Both the position numbers and the translations under genes were made by a program. This document shows positions 7,491 through 16,140 of a DNA stretch of 32,000 nucleotides, piece by piece. Numbering within the stretch: the stretch's first letter is position 1; the number at the start of each line of letters is the position of its first letter. Location of the stretch: the NCBI GenBank assembly GCA_004762125.1, contig SIHQ01000019.1, positions 49,201 through 81,200 on the forward strand, read 5' to 3'. The stretch comes from Oceanospirillales bacterium. Lineage in GTDB: Bacteria; Pseudomonadota; Gammaproteobacteria; Pseudomonadales; Endozoicomonadaceae. The notes beneath the pieces are model-generated. The model was not told the origin of the DNA, did no database searches, and saw only the letters and a list, made by a program, of their open reading frames with translations.

Positions 7491-8642
7491 TTAAGCTAAG
7501 GAACTTGCTACACGATAAACAAGTCGTTCCCTGAATCCGGTAATAACCGGAATGTAGCCGTTGAACAGTTTATCCAGCCATGGACTACCGGTGTCAACCA
7601 ATAGTGGCCGCCCTCTAAGAGAGGTCAGTTTGTTAGTGGTTGCCAGTACGGTTATACGACCACAGCCTATTCTTGTGAGTACTTCAGAGCTTATCTGGGG
7701 ATTTCCCCGTCCCAACAGAAAGCCCTGCCCACCGATGCACGTCACCATTAATTGGCTTGGGCCGGGATATTTGTCCATAGTGGCCAGAATATCTTGCTCT
7801 GATGCATCCCGACAGATCAGTTTGCCACCTTTGACAATATCAACACCAATCAAAGAGCCTGATATCTCCAGCCGCTCTTTCAATGCCGACGTTGTCATGC
7901 CAGGGCCAATGATATAGAGCGTTTCATCATTCATGGTACGTTTTACTTCATCCGCGATAGCACAAACAGCTCCCCTATCTGACTGTTTGCTTCGTGATTT
8001 TGCCGACTGGGTAAGACTTCGGTCATCGGGAATATTCAGATACCCGTATAACCGGGCACTCACCCGTTGCTGTCGAAGCTCTTCTTCATCCAGATCCATT
8101 ACTTCAGCAGCCGTGCAACCGGTAATGTCATTACTGACAAAGCGCCGAACGATCTCGGCCGCAGAGACCGGATTAATAGCAAATACAGCAGACTGAACTT
8201 TGACACCAGCAGGAATACCCAACACAAGAACATCACTGCCAACAGCATCCATAATATTTCTAGCCGTACCATCGCCACCAGCAAAAAGAATCAGTTTCAC
8301 ACCCATTGCAAACATCCATCGCGCAGCAGCTACCGTATCACTAGCTGAAAACCCTTCCGCCGCACCAATGGGTAACACGGCCTGAGCAACCAGTCCGGCT
8401 TTCGCAACAGCATGTTCTCCCATATCCCCCTGACAAGTTACAATGCTGAACGCCCGACTATGACGACTGAACTGCCTCAACGTTAACGTTGCCCGTTCAA
8501 CACCGCATCCTTTTCCCCCCAACGCCAAAGCACGTTGTTGAGTGTGCTCACCATCGCTGCCCTTGAGCCCAACCTTACCACCCAGTCCTGCAATGGGATT
8601 AACAATCAGACCGATTAAAGGTCCGTCACTGCTTTCATTCAT
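7491..8642 (-). CDS. ATP-NAD kinase-fold protein of the long (~380 aa) AcoX/COG3199-like type
   Basis: Carries N-terminal GLIVNPIAGLGGKVGLKGSDG and the GGDGT motif (LILFAGGDGTARN). ATG 8642 overlaps the last codons of the upstream gene; the track's alternative start at 8672 is GTG. Confidence 0.75.
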   Translation of the reverse strand: MNESSDGPLIGLIVNPIAGLGGKVGLKGSDGEHTQQRALALGGKGCGVERATLTLRQFSRHSRAFSIVTCQGDMGEHAVAKAGLVAQAVLPIGAAEGFSASDTVAAARWMFAMGVKLILFAGGDGTARNIMDAVGSDVLVLGIPAGVKVQSAVFAINPVSAAEIVRRFVSNDITGCTAAEVMDLDEEELRQQRVSARLYGYLNIPDDRSLTQSAKSRSKQSDRGAVCAIADEVKRTMNDETLYIIGPGMTTSALKERLEISGSLIGVDIVKGGKLICRDASEQDILATMDKYPGPSQLMVTCIGGQGFLLGRGNPQISSEVLTRIGCGRITVLATTNKLTSLRGRPLLVDTGSPWLDKLFNGYIPVITGFRERLVYRVASSLA

Positions 8643-10242
8643 TCTGATTCGCCAGTTTTCGACAATAGGCACGCCAAGTCACTGACCAGCGCTCCGGATC
8701 ATCCAATACTTCTGGTTTAATTTTATGAATCGGGCAATTATGCGGTGCGCTGCGAACCATAGCCGGATTGGTATACGCCTCTTCCGACACCGCTTTCAGG
8801 GTACGTACATATTCGTCCAGATCCTCAACCGAGTATGCTTCTGTAGGCTCTAACGTCGCCGGTTCGGGTACAACAAAGGGATGATGACTGGTCCAGTAAT
8901 GCAAACCATAATCCGCCATTCGAATACCCAGCTGCTCTGAATGTATTCCGGTGTCCCGATATAACTCTTCCCAGCTATAGCGAACCTGTTCTATACGTCG
9001 TTTACCTTCTGCATAGGGCGCACTGATTCCTTTTATTTTTAATACTTCATGCATCAGGTAGTTATTATTGAGTACAGCAATTTCAGCAACTTCTCTAAGA
9101 CCTTCTGCCCCCAGATTCATAACCCAGGCATAAGCTCTCATTACAATGGAAGCCGAGCCATAAAAAGCGCTGACTTTACCGATACTATGGGGCATATCTT
9201 CATTGAGAAAATACCGTTCACCGTCATGATCTATTAATGGCCCTGGCAGGAAACACTCAAGTTCTTTACTGGCACCTTGAGCGCCAACAGCGGGTCCACC
9301 GCAAGCGTGAGGCGTTGAGAATGTTTTATGCAAATTGAAGTGGCAGAGATCAAAACCAGCATCCCTTGCACGGGTTATTCCCAGCAAACCATTTGCATTA
9401 GCCTGGTCATAGGCACACAAACCGCCCGCTTTGTGAACGATGCGTACGAATTCGTCAATATCAGGATTAAATATCCCTGTATCTTCCGGATTTGTGATCA
9501 GTAAACCTGCGGTTCTGTCCGAAACAGCCGCTTTCAAGGCTTCTATGTCCGGATAACCGTCATCATTAGGATACAACGTGATGACCTTAAAGCCGGCCAG
9601 CTTTGCACAAGCGGCATCGGACGGATGGGAGAAAATAGTGGTTATGATTTCGTCCCGATCCGTATCACCTCGACTTTCATGATATTTCCTGATGACTGCA
9701 GCATTAGCGTAGATGGCCGCAGACCCACCTCTGGGCTGAAAACTGAACCGGCTCATACCGGAAATATCTTTGAGTATTTGTTCAAACTTGTGGGTTATTT
9801 CCAGAATACCTTGCACGGTATCCTGATCTTGCAACGGATGTAGCTCGGACATTTTATGGGATCGAGCCAGATGTTCATTGACCTTCGGGTTGTATTTCAT
9901 GGTGCAGGTACCCTGCCCAATATCCACCTGAAAGTCGGCGCCAAGATTCTGCTGCGACATTCTCAAATAATGTCTTAATACTTTGTTTTGCGACAGTTCA
10001 GGCAATGCCGGTAATGATTCTCTCATCATGGATGCAGGAAGATTTTTATAAACGTCTTTAGTCGTTCTTTTGATTTCCTCATCCACTTCCGGAACTAAAA
10101 CCCCTCTTTCACCTTCTGCTGAAAGTTCGAAAATAATGGGTTCATCCCAACGTGCCTGATGGTAACGTCGAACATTGGGTTTGCCGTCGGTATGTCTATG
10201 GGACCGGATATCTTCAATAGGGTTTTTCGTTAGATCAGTCAT
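8635..10242 (-). CDS. gcvPB: Glycine-cleavage P-protein subunit 2 homologue (GcvPB-like, PLP-dependent), diverged
   Basis: 535 aa. Keeps the PLP-lysine motif HFNLHKTFSTPH. The loop that follows reads PHACGGPAVG rather than the canonical PHGGGGPG that I recall. Start and upstream stop overlap (TGATG at 10240-10244). Confidence 0.85.
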   Translation of the reverse strand: MTDLTKNPIEDIRSHRHTDGKPNVRRYHQARWDEPIIFELSAEGERGVLVPEVDEEIKRTTKDVYKNLPASMMRESLPALPELSQNKVLRHYLRMSQQNLGADFQVDIGQGTCTMKYNPKVNEHLARSHKMSELHPLQDQDTVQGILEITHKFEQILKDISGMSRFSFQPRGGSAAIYANAAVIRKYHESRGDTDRDEIITTIFSHPSDAACAKLAGFKVITLYPNDDGYPDIEALKAAVSDRTAGLLITNPEDTGIFNPDIDEFVRIVHKAGGLCAYDQANANGLLGITRARDAGFDLCHFNLHKTFSTPHACGGPAVGAQGASKELECFLPGPLIDHDGERYFLNEDMPHSIGKVSAFYGSASIVMRAYAWVMNLGAEGLREVAEIAVLNNNYLMHEVLKIKGISAPYAEGKRRIEQVRYSWEELYRDTGIHSEQLGIRMADYGLHYWTSHHPFVVPEPATLEPTEAYSVEDLDEYVRTLKAVSEEAYTNPAMVRSAPHNCPIHKIKPEVLDDPERWSVTWRAYCRKLANQNE

Positions 10243-11636
10243 CAGATAACCTCCGACAGAGCATCACAAAGGGTATCGATGTCGTCCCTGCTATGAATTT
10301 CTGTAAAACAGTAGAGTGCACTTTGGCCAAATTGAGGGTACTTCTCAGAAAGATCGTGCCCGCCAAAAATGTCTTGTTTCAACAGCAACCGGTTTATTTC
10401 CTCAACAGTTTTACCCGTATTATCAAAGTTGACGACAAATTCTTTGAAATGAGACTGATTGTTATGAGGAATCAGGATCCCCGGGATGGAGGCCAATCTT
10501 TCTTTTGCATAGGCATTTCGCTGGAATATACCGTTGGCAATGTCATGCATTCCTTGGGGACCCATCAGTGATAAGTAGACCCCCGCCGTAATTCCCCACA
10601 ACGCAGAGGCCGTACCAACAAATTCATTACCATTTTCGCGTTTATCGAAAGATGTTCTTTCGAAGGCAACATCACCAAACCCGTATTCACCCTGAACTTC
10701 TGTGGGCGCAATACCAAAAAGTCTGGAGGGGTATTGCATCACCAGATCCGTTTCATCATGGCTGGCAATAAAACCACCATTGCCACCACCAAACTGCATA
10801 TGGATACCCAGAGCCTGTATCTCACCTGTTACCAACCGGGCACCGTAAGATGAAGGAGGAGCCAGCACACCCAGAGATAAAGGATCGACGCCCACTGCAG
10901 GGATTGCATCGAATGAGGCCGCCAGTGCACAGATTTTCTCTCCGTCTTCAACAACGCCCAGATAACCGGGATTATCGAAATATACGACAGCCGTTTGATC
11001 ATCGAGAGCATTCTTTAGGGATTCCATGCACATCCCACCAGTCACCGTGTCAACATTAATCACCTGAATATCAACATCTGAACGACAGTATTCAGTGATC
11101 ATCGAAAGTTTGTCAGGATGAATGGTTGCAGAGACCAGTGCTTTTCGTTTTCCTGTATAACGGCAGGCCATTCTGATGCTGGTCGCTGCAGCCTGGTGGC
11201 CGTCGTAGACCGGAACATTGACGATATCCATTTCCAGCAGCTCTCCCATCATGCTGCAATATTCAAATAATGCCTGAAATCGACCATGATCATCGTAAGG
11301 CTCGCCGGCATAGGCCGTTAGGAACTCACTTCGTTGATTAATTTCATCGCAAATTGAAGGAACGTGATGTTGATAGCAGCCGCCGCCTAAGAAACTCAGA
11401 CACTCTTCCGTACTGCGGTTTTTATTAAGCAGTTTCTGGACATGTTGTTTTAATTCATATTCAGACAGGAAAGGTTCGGGCATATCCAGTGGCCGCTGCA
11501 TTCGCAAGTACTTTGGAATGTCAGCATAAAAACACTCAACACTCTCGGCACTCACAGCACTCAACATTTTTTTGCGTGCTTGATCTGTTGAGTTCGGAAT
11601 ATAAGGGTATACAGTTTTCGTCTCAGGGTTACTCAT
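10242..11636 (-). CDS. gcvPA: Glycine-cleavage P-protein subunit 1 homologue (GcvPA-like)
   Basis: 464 aa. The N-terminus YPYIPNSTDQARKKML matches the GcvPA start pattern (YIPHT..E...ML). Length and order (PA then PB) match the split P-protein arrangement. Confidence 0.85.
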   Translation of the reverse strand: MSNPETKTVYPYIPNSTDQARKKMLSAVSAESVECFYADIPKYLRMQRPLDMPEPFLSEYELKQHVQKLLNKNRSTEECLSFLGGGCYQHHVPSICDEINQRSEFLTAYAGEPYDDHGRFQALFEYCSMMGELLEMDIVNVPVYDGHQAAATSIRMACRYTGKRKALVSATIHPDKLSMITEYCRSDVDIQVINVDTVTGGMCMESLKNALDDQTAVVYFDNPGYLGVVEDGEKICALAASFDAIPAVGVDPLSLGVLAPPSSYGARLVTGEIQALGIHMQFGGGNGGFIASHDETDLVMQYPSRLFGIAPTEVQGEYGFGDVAFERTSFDKRENGNEFVGTASALWGITAGVYLSLMGPQGMHDIANGIFQRNAYAKERLASIPGILIPHNNQSHFKEFVVNFDNTGKTVEEINRLLLKQDIFGGHDLSEKYPQFGQSALYCFTEIHSRDDIDTLCDALSEVI

Positions 11637-11706
11637 ATCAGGAGGGCTTTTGTTGTTTTATTGACTAGCAGGTTAAACACCCTGAAAACCAGCCACAACC
11701 GAGTCT

Positions 11707-11740
11707 TTCTAATCCCTGATATTAGAAAATCTAATCTAAA
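11707..11740. promoter_or_regulatory. Candidate LysR/GcvA-type operator: TTCTAAT-N7-ATTAGAA inverted repeat plus a tandem CTAAT/CTAAA
   Basis: Perfect 7-bp arms lie at 11707-11713 and 11721-11727, followed by CTAAT 11731-11735 and CTAAA 11736-11740. The site sits in the divergent intergenic region between gcvPA-like (ATG 11636) and the LysR gene (ATG 11806). CTAAT is the core reported for GcvA sites, from memory. Confidence 0.45.
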
Positions 11741-11805
11741 TGCATAGCCTATGTACCGGTAACCGCTTAAGATGAAAAATAACCAACACGACAATAATAA
11801 TTATA

Positions 11806-12723
11806 ATGAATCGTAAGCTTCCTCCCTTGCGCGCCTTAGCTGCCTTTGAAGCCGCTGCACGCCTCGGCAGTTTCACTAAAGCCGCTGACGAGTTGTGTGT
11901 AACGCAAGCTGCAATCAGCCAACAAGTTCGTCACCTGGAAGAGTCTGTTGGCGTACCTCTCTTTATTCGAAAACCAAGACAACTGTCGCTTACCAAAGAA
12001 GGCCGACAACTTCTTCCCGAACTGAATTCTGCTTTTAATCAAATGGCTGAGGCCATCGATAAAATAGGTCGCAGACCCACAAACAGACTTAATATTTCAC
12101 TGACCCCTGCACTTGCAGCTAAGTGGCTGGTACTGCGTTTACCGGAATTCTGGAAAGAGCATCCGGAAATAGATCTAAGGCTTCATCACTCAGTTACTCC
12201 TGTCGACTTTTTGAAGGACGATATTGATCTGGCTATTCGCTGGGGAGAAGGAGAATGGCCGGGACTGGTGTCGGAATTTCTGATCCCGGGGGAACTGACT
12301 CCCGTCTGCAGCCCAGCGTTACTCCATGGCCGTCACCCGTTAAGGCGCCCCTCCGACCTTTCACATCACACATTACTCCATGAAGACAATCGGGAAGATT
12401 GGAAGGAATGGTTAGGTGCTGCCGGGATTGAAGGGGTTAATGCTGAAGCAGGGCCGGTGATTGATGACAGTAATGCTTTACTACTGGCCACCTCTGATGG
12501 GCAGGGTGTTGCACTGGGGCGAATAGCCATGATTGGCGATGACCTGACAGCAGGTCGTCTTGTTAAACCGTTTGAAATGAAATTACGAAAAAAACAAGCG
12601 TATTATCTTGTTTACCCTGAAGGTATTCGTGATGACTCAGCACTGTTGGATTTTCGGAATTTTTTAAAACAGCAGGTGAAACTGTCGTTTTTTAACGAAA
12701 CTTGCGGAATTCTCTATCCATAG
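11806..12723 (+). CDS. LysR-family transcriptional regulator, GcvA subfamily-like
   Basis: The N-terminal HTH LPPLRALAAFEAAARLGSFTKAADELCVTQAAISQQVRHLEE closely parallels E. coli GcvA ([42 protein letters not shown]). It is divergent from the operon it probably controls. Confidence 0.9.
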   Translation: MNRKLPPLRALAAFEAAARLGSFTKAADELCVTQAAISQQVRHLEESVGVPLFIRKPRQLSLTKEGRQLLPELNSAFNQMAEAIDKIGRRPTNRLNISLTPALAAKWLVLRLPEFWKEHPEIDLRLHHSVTPVDFLKDDIDLAIRWGEGEWPGLVSEFLIPGELTPVCSPALLHGRHPLRRPSDLSHHTLLHEDNREDWKEWLGAAGIEGVNAEAGPVIDDSNALLLATSDGQGVALGRIAMIGDDLTAGRLVKPFEMKLRKKQAYYLVYPEGIRDDSALLDFRNFLKQQVKLSFFNETCGILYP

Positions 12724-12998
12724 CGGCACGCTTGGATGGAGATGGATAGCCAACAGCCCGTAGAGTACCCGAGAGCATAAAGGCTGTCATTTCTCCGATC
12801 GCTCCTGATTCTGATTCTGAATCTGAATGTACTTTTTCAGCACTTCTAAGGGCGCGCCACCGGCAGTTATCAAACAATAAGCGCTTGTCCATAGTACCGA
12901 GTGACTGCTCCCCGCCCTAAAAGGGATAAAAGCAAAGGTGTTTGAAAAAACAGACAACACATTGAGAATGGTAAAACTCAGAATAGTGATTCAATCCA

Positions 12999-13799
12999 TT
13001 AGCGATTAGCTCGTTTAATGAGTTCCTGCAGGAACAAACCACTCTGCTCCCTGGACTCTTCTAAAGCCATAAATAACCGAAAACCAATGGGTTCATCATC
13101 ATGAAAATTTACGTCCAAAATTTGAAGAATATCGTCTGAGCAACAGCCTTGAAGCATGGACCCGCAAGCGCTGAACAGGTCAAGATTAATGCTTTGGTTG
13201 CTGCCAGTGACAACCAGTACGACTCCTGCGACGGTGTAATCCTTGTCATTGACTCTGTGGTGTGTGGGGTAATGTTGGTAAAGACGATAAGGCAGCTCAC
13301 AGTCATTAACCTCATCCATTCCGGCAGAAACGAATATAGAGCCATTCGATGCCCATGCATGATAGTCCGCAAAATCAACGCCAATGCATGAGGGAACAGT
13401 GGCACTGCGAACCCAAACTTCAATAACCGTCTTCAATGACAGAGAATCTGCTATCGAAATGATATTCTCATCTCGAATGACTGGAATGCTGCTGAACTGT
13501 CGCCTTATTTTTTTTGTTCGCACAGTGTCACCGAAAAGAATGATCATGGGTACGTGAACATCAGACCACTGGGCTATCAAAGACTCTAAAAGAGCAGCTG
13601 ATTTCTCTTCTGCATCACAGACGAAGAACAGAACTGACTTTTCGCCTTTTTTGGTCACATTTAACGAATGACTATTGTCCTCAGTTAAAGGGATGTGCTC
13701 AACGTTGCCCCACCGCCATTCACTGAGAAACGACTCCATGACTTGACTGCTCTGTGTACCAGAGGTCACAAATTTGGCTGTAAATTGGTCAGGCTGCAT
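12999..13799 (-). CDS. Hypothetical protein; sequence pattern suggests a degenerate FtsZ/tubulin-like fold lacking GTP-binding loops
   Basis: 266-aa ORF with a strong AAGGAG SD 8 nt upstream of ATG 13799. It has no family motif I can name with certainty. See the findings for the by-eye FtsZ-like pattern. Confidence 0.7.
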   Translation of the reverse strand: MQPDQFTAKFVTSGTQSSQVMESFLSEWRWGNVEHIPLTEDNSHSLNVTKKGEKSVLFFVCDAEEKSAALLESLIAQWSDVHVPMIILFGDTVRTKKIRRQFSSIPVIRDENIISIADSLSLKTVIEVWVRSATVPSCIGVDFADYHAWASNGSIFVSAGMDEVNDCELPYRLYQHYPTHHRVNDKDYTVAGVVLVVTGSNQSINLDLFSACGSMLQGCCSDDILQILDVNFHDDEPIGFRLFMALEESREQSGLFLQELIKRANR

Positions 13800-13960
13800 C
13801 CTATAACTCCTTTAGTGTGATAGAAGGCCGAGACTACCTAGAATGAAGGCTTACGGGAGATAATTAAAGTTTGCTTCTACAATCAGCTCAAATTTCGTTA
13901 TGTACTGACAGAGGTCCAATTTTGTTCTGATGTGAATATTTTGAATACCCTCTTCCCGAC

Positions 13961-14000
13961 CTGTCACACAATCATCATCAAACCTTCATTAATTAGACAT
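13961..14000 (+). promoter_or_regulatory. Pho-box-like array (7-bp repeats at 11-bp periodicity) upstream of phnC
   Basis: Reads CTGTCAC-acaa-TCATCAT-caaa-CCTTCAT-taat-TAGACAT (13961-14000). The E. coli Pho box consensus is CTGTCAT-A(A/T)A(T/A)-CTGT(C/A)A(C/T). A further TCGTCAC at 14016-14022 is in phase, and TAGTAT (-10-like) lies at 14034-14039. Confidence 0.5.
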
Positions 14001-14009
14001 GTCTAGACA
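14000..14009. promoter_or_regulatory. Perfect palindrome TGTCTAGACA, candidate HutC/PhnF-type operator in the phnC promoter
   Basis: TGTCTAGACA (14000-14009) overlaps a second palindrome, TAGACATGTCTA (13994-14005). The GTCTAGAC core resembles HutC-subfamily GntR operators (DasR/NagR dre-type GGTCTAGACC). Confidence 0.4.
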
Positions 14010-14068
14010 ACTAATTCGTCACATTTAATCTCGATAGTATGTGAAAGCTCTTTTATAGCAGGTCTTTC

Positions 14069-14923
14069 ATGGATAACGCGATTCAAGTCACCGGTCTTAC
14101 CAAACACTTTCAGCGCTCAAATATCGCCCTTCATGACATCAGCCTGCGTGTCGACAGCGGTGAAATGGTTTCGCTCATTGGTCCTAGTGGTTCAGGTAAA
14201 TCAACGTTTCTTCGTCACCTGTCAGGATTAACACTGGCTGACAATAAATCAGAATCCAACATCACTGTCTGTGGTCAAAATATTCAACGCGATGGTCATT
14301 TGAATAAACACATCAGGCGACATCGTTCAAACATTGGTCTTATTTTTCAGCAATTCAATTTGGTTCGTCGTCTCAGTGTTTTAACCAATGTACTGCTCGG
14401 CGGTTTAAGTCATATGCCTTGGCATCGTAGCTGCTTTGCTCTCTTTAATCGTGACGAAAAACAACAAGCTCTGGCTGCACTGGAAAGAGTGGGCTTGGCA
14501 GATTTTGCCTGGCAGAAGGCAGAAAACCTTTCCGGTGGTCAACAACAACGAGTGGCCATTGCTCGGGCACTGATGCAGAAAGCCAGTGTCATTCTGGCTG
14601 ATGAGCCTATTGCTTCACTGGATCCTGCTTCAGCAAAGCAGGTTATGGATATCCTGAGAGATATCAATCGGGAAGATAAAACAACCGTCATTATCACGCT
14701 GCATCAGGTCGATTACGCCATTGGTTGGTGCGATAGGCTTGTCGCCCTCAAGCAGGGAAAAATCTGGTTTGATTTACCCGTTAACGAAGTATCCCCATCT
14801 AAATTCTCAGCCCTCTACGGACAGTCAGAAACCCTATCTGAAGTTCCTTCAGAAATGAGAAAAGAATCTAAACCTGTTAAATCACGAACTTCGCCCCGTA
14901 GAAAAGCCCGTTACGTGGCGTGA
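14069..14923 (+). CDS. phnC: Phosphonate ABC transporter ATP-binding protein PhnC
   Basis: Carries Walker [25 protein letters not shown] and ILADEPIASLD. It is the first gene of a colinear phnCDE-F-GHIJKLMNP block and has a basic, hydrophilic C-terminal tail. Confidence 0.9.
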   Translation: MDNAIQVTGLTKHFQRSNIALHDISLRVDSGEMVSLIGPSGSGKSTFLRHLSGLTLADNKSESNITVCGQNIQRDGHLNKHIRRHRSNIGLIFQQFNLVRRLSVLTNVLLGGLSHMPWHRSCFALFNRDEKQQALAALERVGLADFAWQKAENLSGGQQQRVAIARALMQKASVILADEPIASLDPASAKQVMDILRDINREDKTTVIITLHQVDYAIGWCDRLVALKQGKIWFDLPVNEVSPSKFSALYGQSETLSEVPSEMRKESKPVKSRTSPRRKARYVA

Positions 14924-14988
14924 GGCAGTGGTAACACAAATAAAATAATTCAAAGCTTTCACACTGTTTAAAACCAAAGGAAAAAACC

Positions 14989-16008
14989 ATGAAAACAATA
15001 ATCAAGAAAGCGAACCGGTGGTTCAATAAGATAGTAGGCGCTACAACACTTGTAGCTCTGGCAGCAACCAGTCAGGCAAACACGTCCGATGATATGAAGC
15101 ATTTGAACTTTGGTATTATTTCTACCGAGTCCAGTCAAAATCTGAAAACAGCTTGGGTACCTTTCCTGAAAGAAATGGAAAAGAGAACCGGCATGACTAT
15201 CAAGCCATTCTTCGCCCCTGATTACGCCGGTATTATTCAGGCGATGCGCTTTAATAAAGTTGATATAGCCTGGTACGGTAACAAGTCAGCTATTGAAGCT
15301 GTCGATCGCGCCGGTGGTGAAGTGTTCGCTCAAACCGTAGATGTCAATGGTAACCCTGGTTACTGGAGTTTATTGGTCGCCCATAAAGACAGCGCTCTGA
15401 ATAACGTTGACGATATTCTTAAAAATGCCTCTTCCTTGTCATTTGCCAATGGTGATCCGAACTCTACATCGGGTTATTTAGTTCCATCCTATTATGTCTT
15501 TGCAAAAAACAAGGTTGAGCCTAAGAAAATATTCAAAACCGTTACTAACAGCGGTCACGAAGCTAACTTGTTATCTGTTGCTAACAAACGGGTTGATTTC
15601 GCCACCAACAACACAGAAAACCTTTCACGGCTCGAAGTAACACACCCTGAGAAATTGAAGAACATCAAAGTACTGTGGAAGTCTCCCCTTATCCCAGCTG
15701 ATCCGATTTTGTGGCGCAAGAATCTGCCTGAATCAACCAAAAGTAAGGTATACGACTTCTTTATGTCCTACGGCCAGAGTGGCGACGAAAAAGAACTGAA
15801 AATTCTGAAGAATTTGCAATGGGCACCCTTCAAAGCTTCCAGTGATGACCAACTGTTGCCAGTACGCCAGCTAGTGCTCTTCAAGAACAAACTCAAAGCG
15901 GAAAACAGCCGTCTGTCTGCCAAAGATAAATCAGAAAAGATCAACGCATTTAATGAGCAGCTGGCTAGCCTGAATCGCAAGATGGCAGCTCTCGATGCTC
16001 GTGATTAA
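14989..16008 (+). CDS. phnD: Phosphonate ABC transporter periplasmic binding protein PhnD
   Basis: Has a signal peptide (…LVALAATSQA). The motifs LNFGIISTESSQNL, VDIAWYGNKS and SGYLVPSYY are PhnD-like. Position lies between phnC and phnE. Confidence 0.9.
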   Translation: MKTIIKKANRWFNKIVGATTLVALAATSQANTSDDMKHLNFGIISTESSQNLKTAWVPFLKEMEKRTGMTIKPFFAPDYAGIIQAMRFNKVDIAWYGNKSAIEAVDRAGGEVFAQTVDVNGNPGYWSLLVAHKDSALNNVDDILKNASSLSFANGDPNSTSGYLVPSYYVFAKNKVEPKKIFKTVTNSGHEANLLSVANKRVDFATNNTENLSRLEVTHPEKLKNIKVLWKSPLIPADPILWRKNLPESTKSKVYDFFMSYGQSGDEKELKILKNLQWAPFKASSDDQLLPVRQLVLFKNKLKAENSRLSAKDKSEKINAFNEQLASLNRKMAALDARD

Positions 16009-16140
16009 TCCATCACTTCCATGACATCGATCTATTATCTTCTGGCTCATGAATGTATGCATTTCATGGCCAGTAGATGACAGGCAAAACAATCAATGCA
16101 CTGCAACCAGTGCGCTATGAGAAGCACCGCGAGAGACATT

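Noticed and set aside
11637-11705. A glycine riboswitch in the leader of the gcvPA-like gene
   Set aside because: The ~70-nt leader (minus-strand sense) shows none of the conserved glycine-aptamer elements I remember (GGAGAG...CACCG...CUCUGGAGAG..ACCG). It is also too short for a tandem aptamer.
12692-12892. A 66-aa minus-strand ORF downstream of the LysR gene
   Set aside because: It overlaps the LysR 3' end and has no SD. Its SDSESES stretch comes from a CTGATT/CTGAAT microrepeat (about 12807-12830), and it has no recognisable motif.
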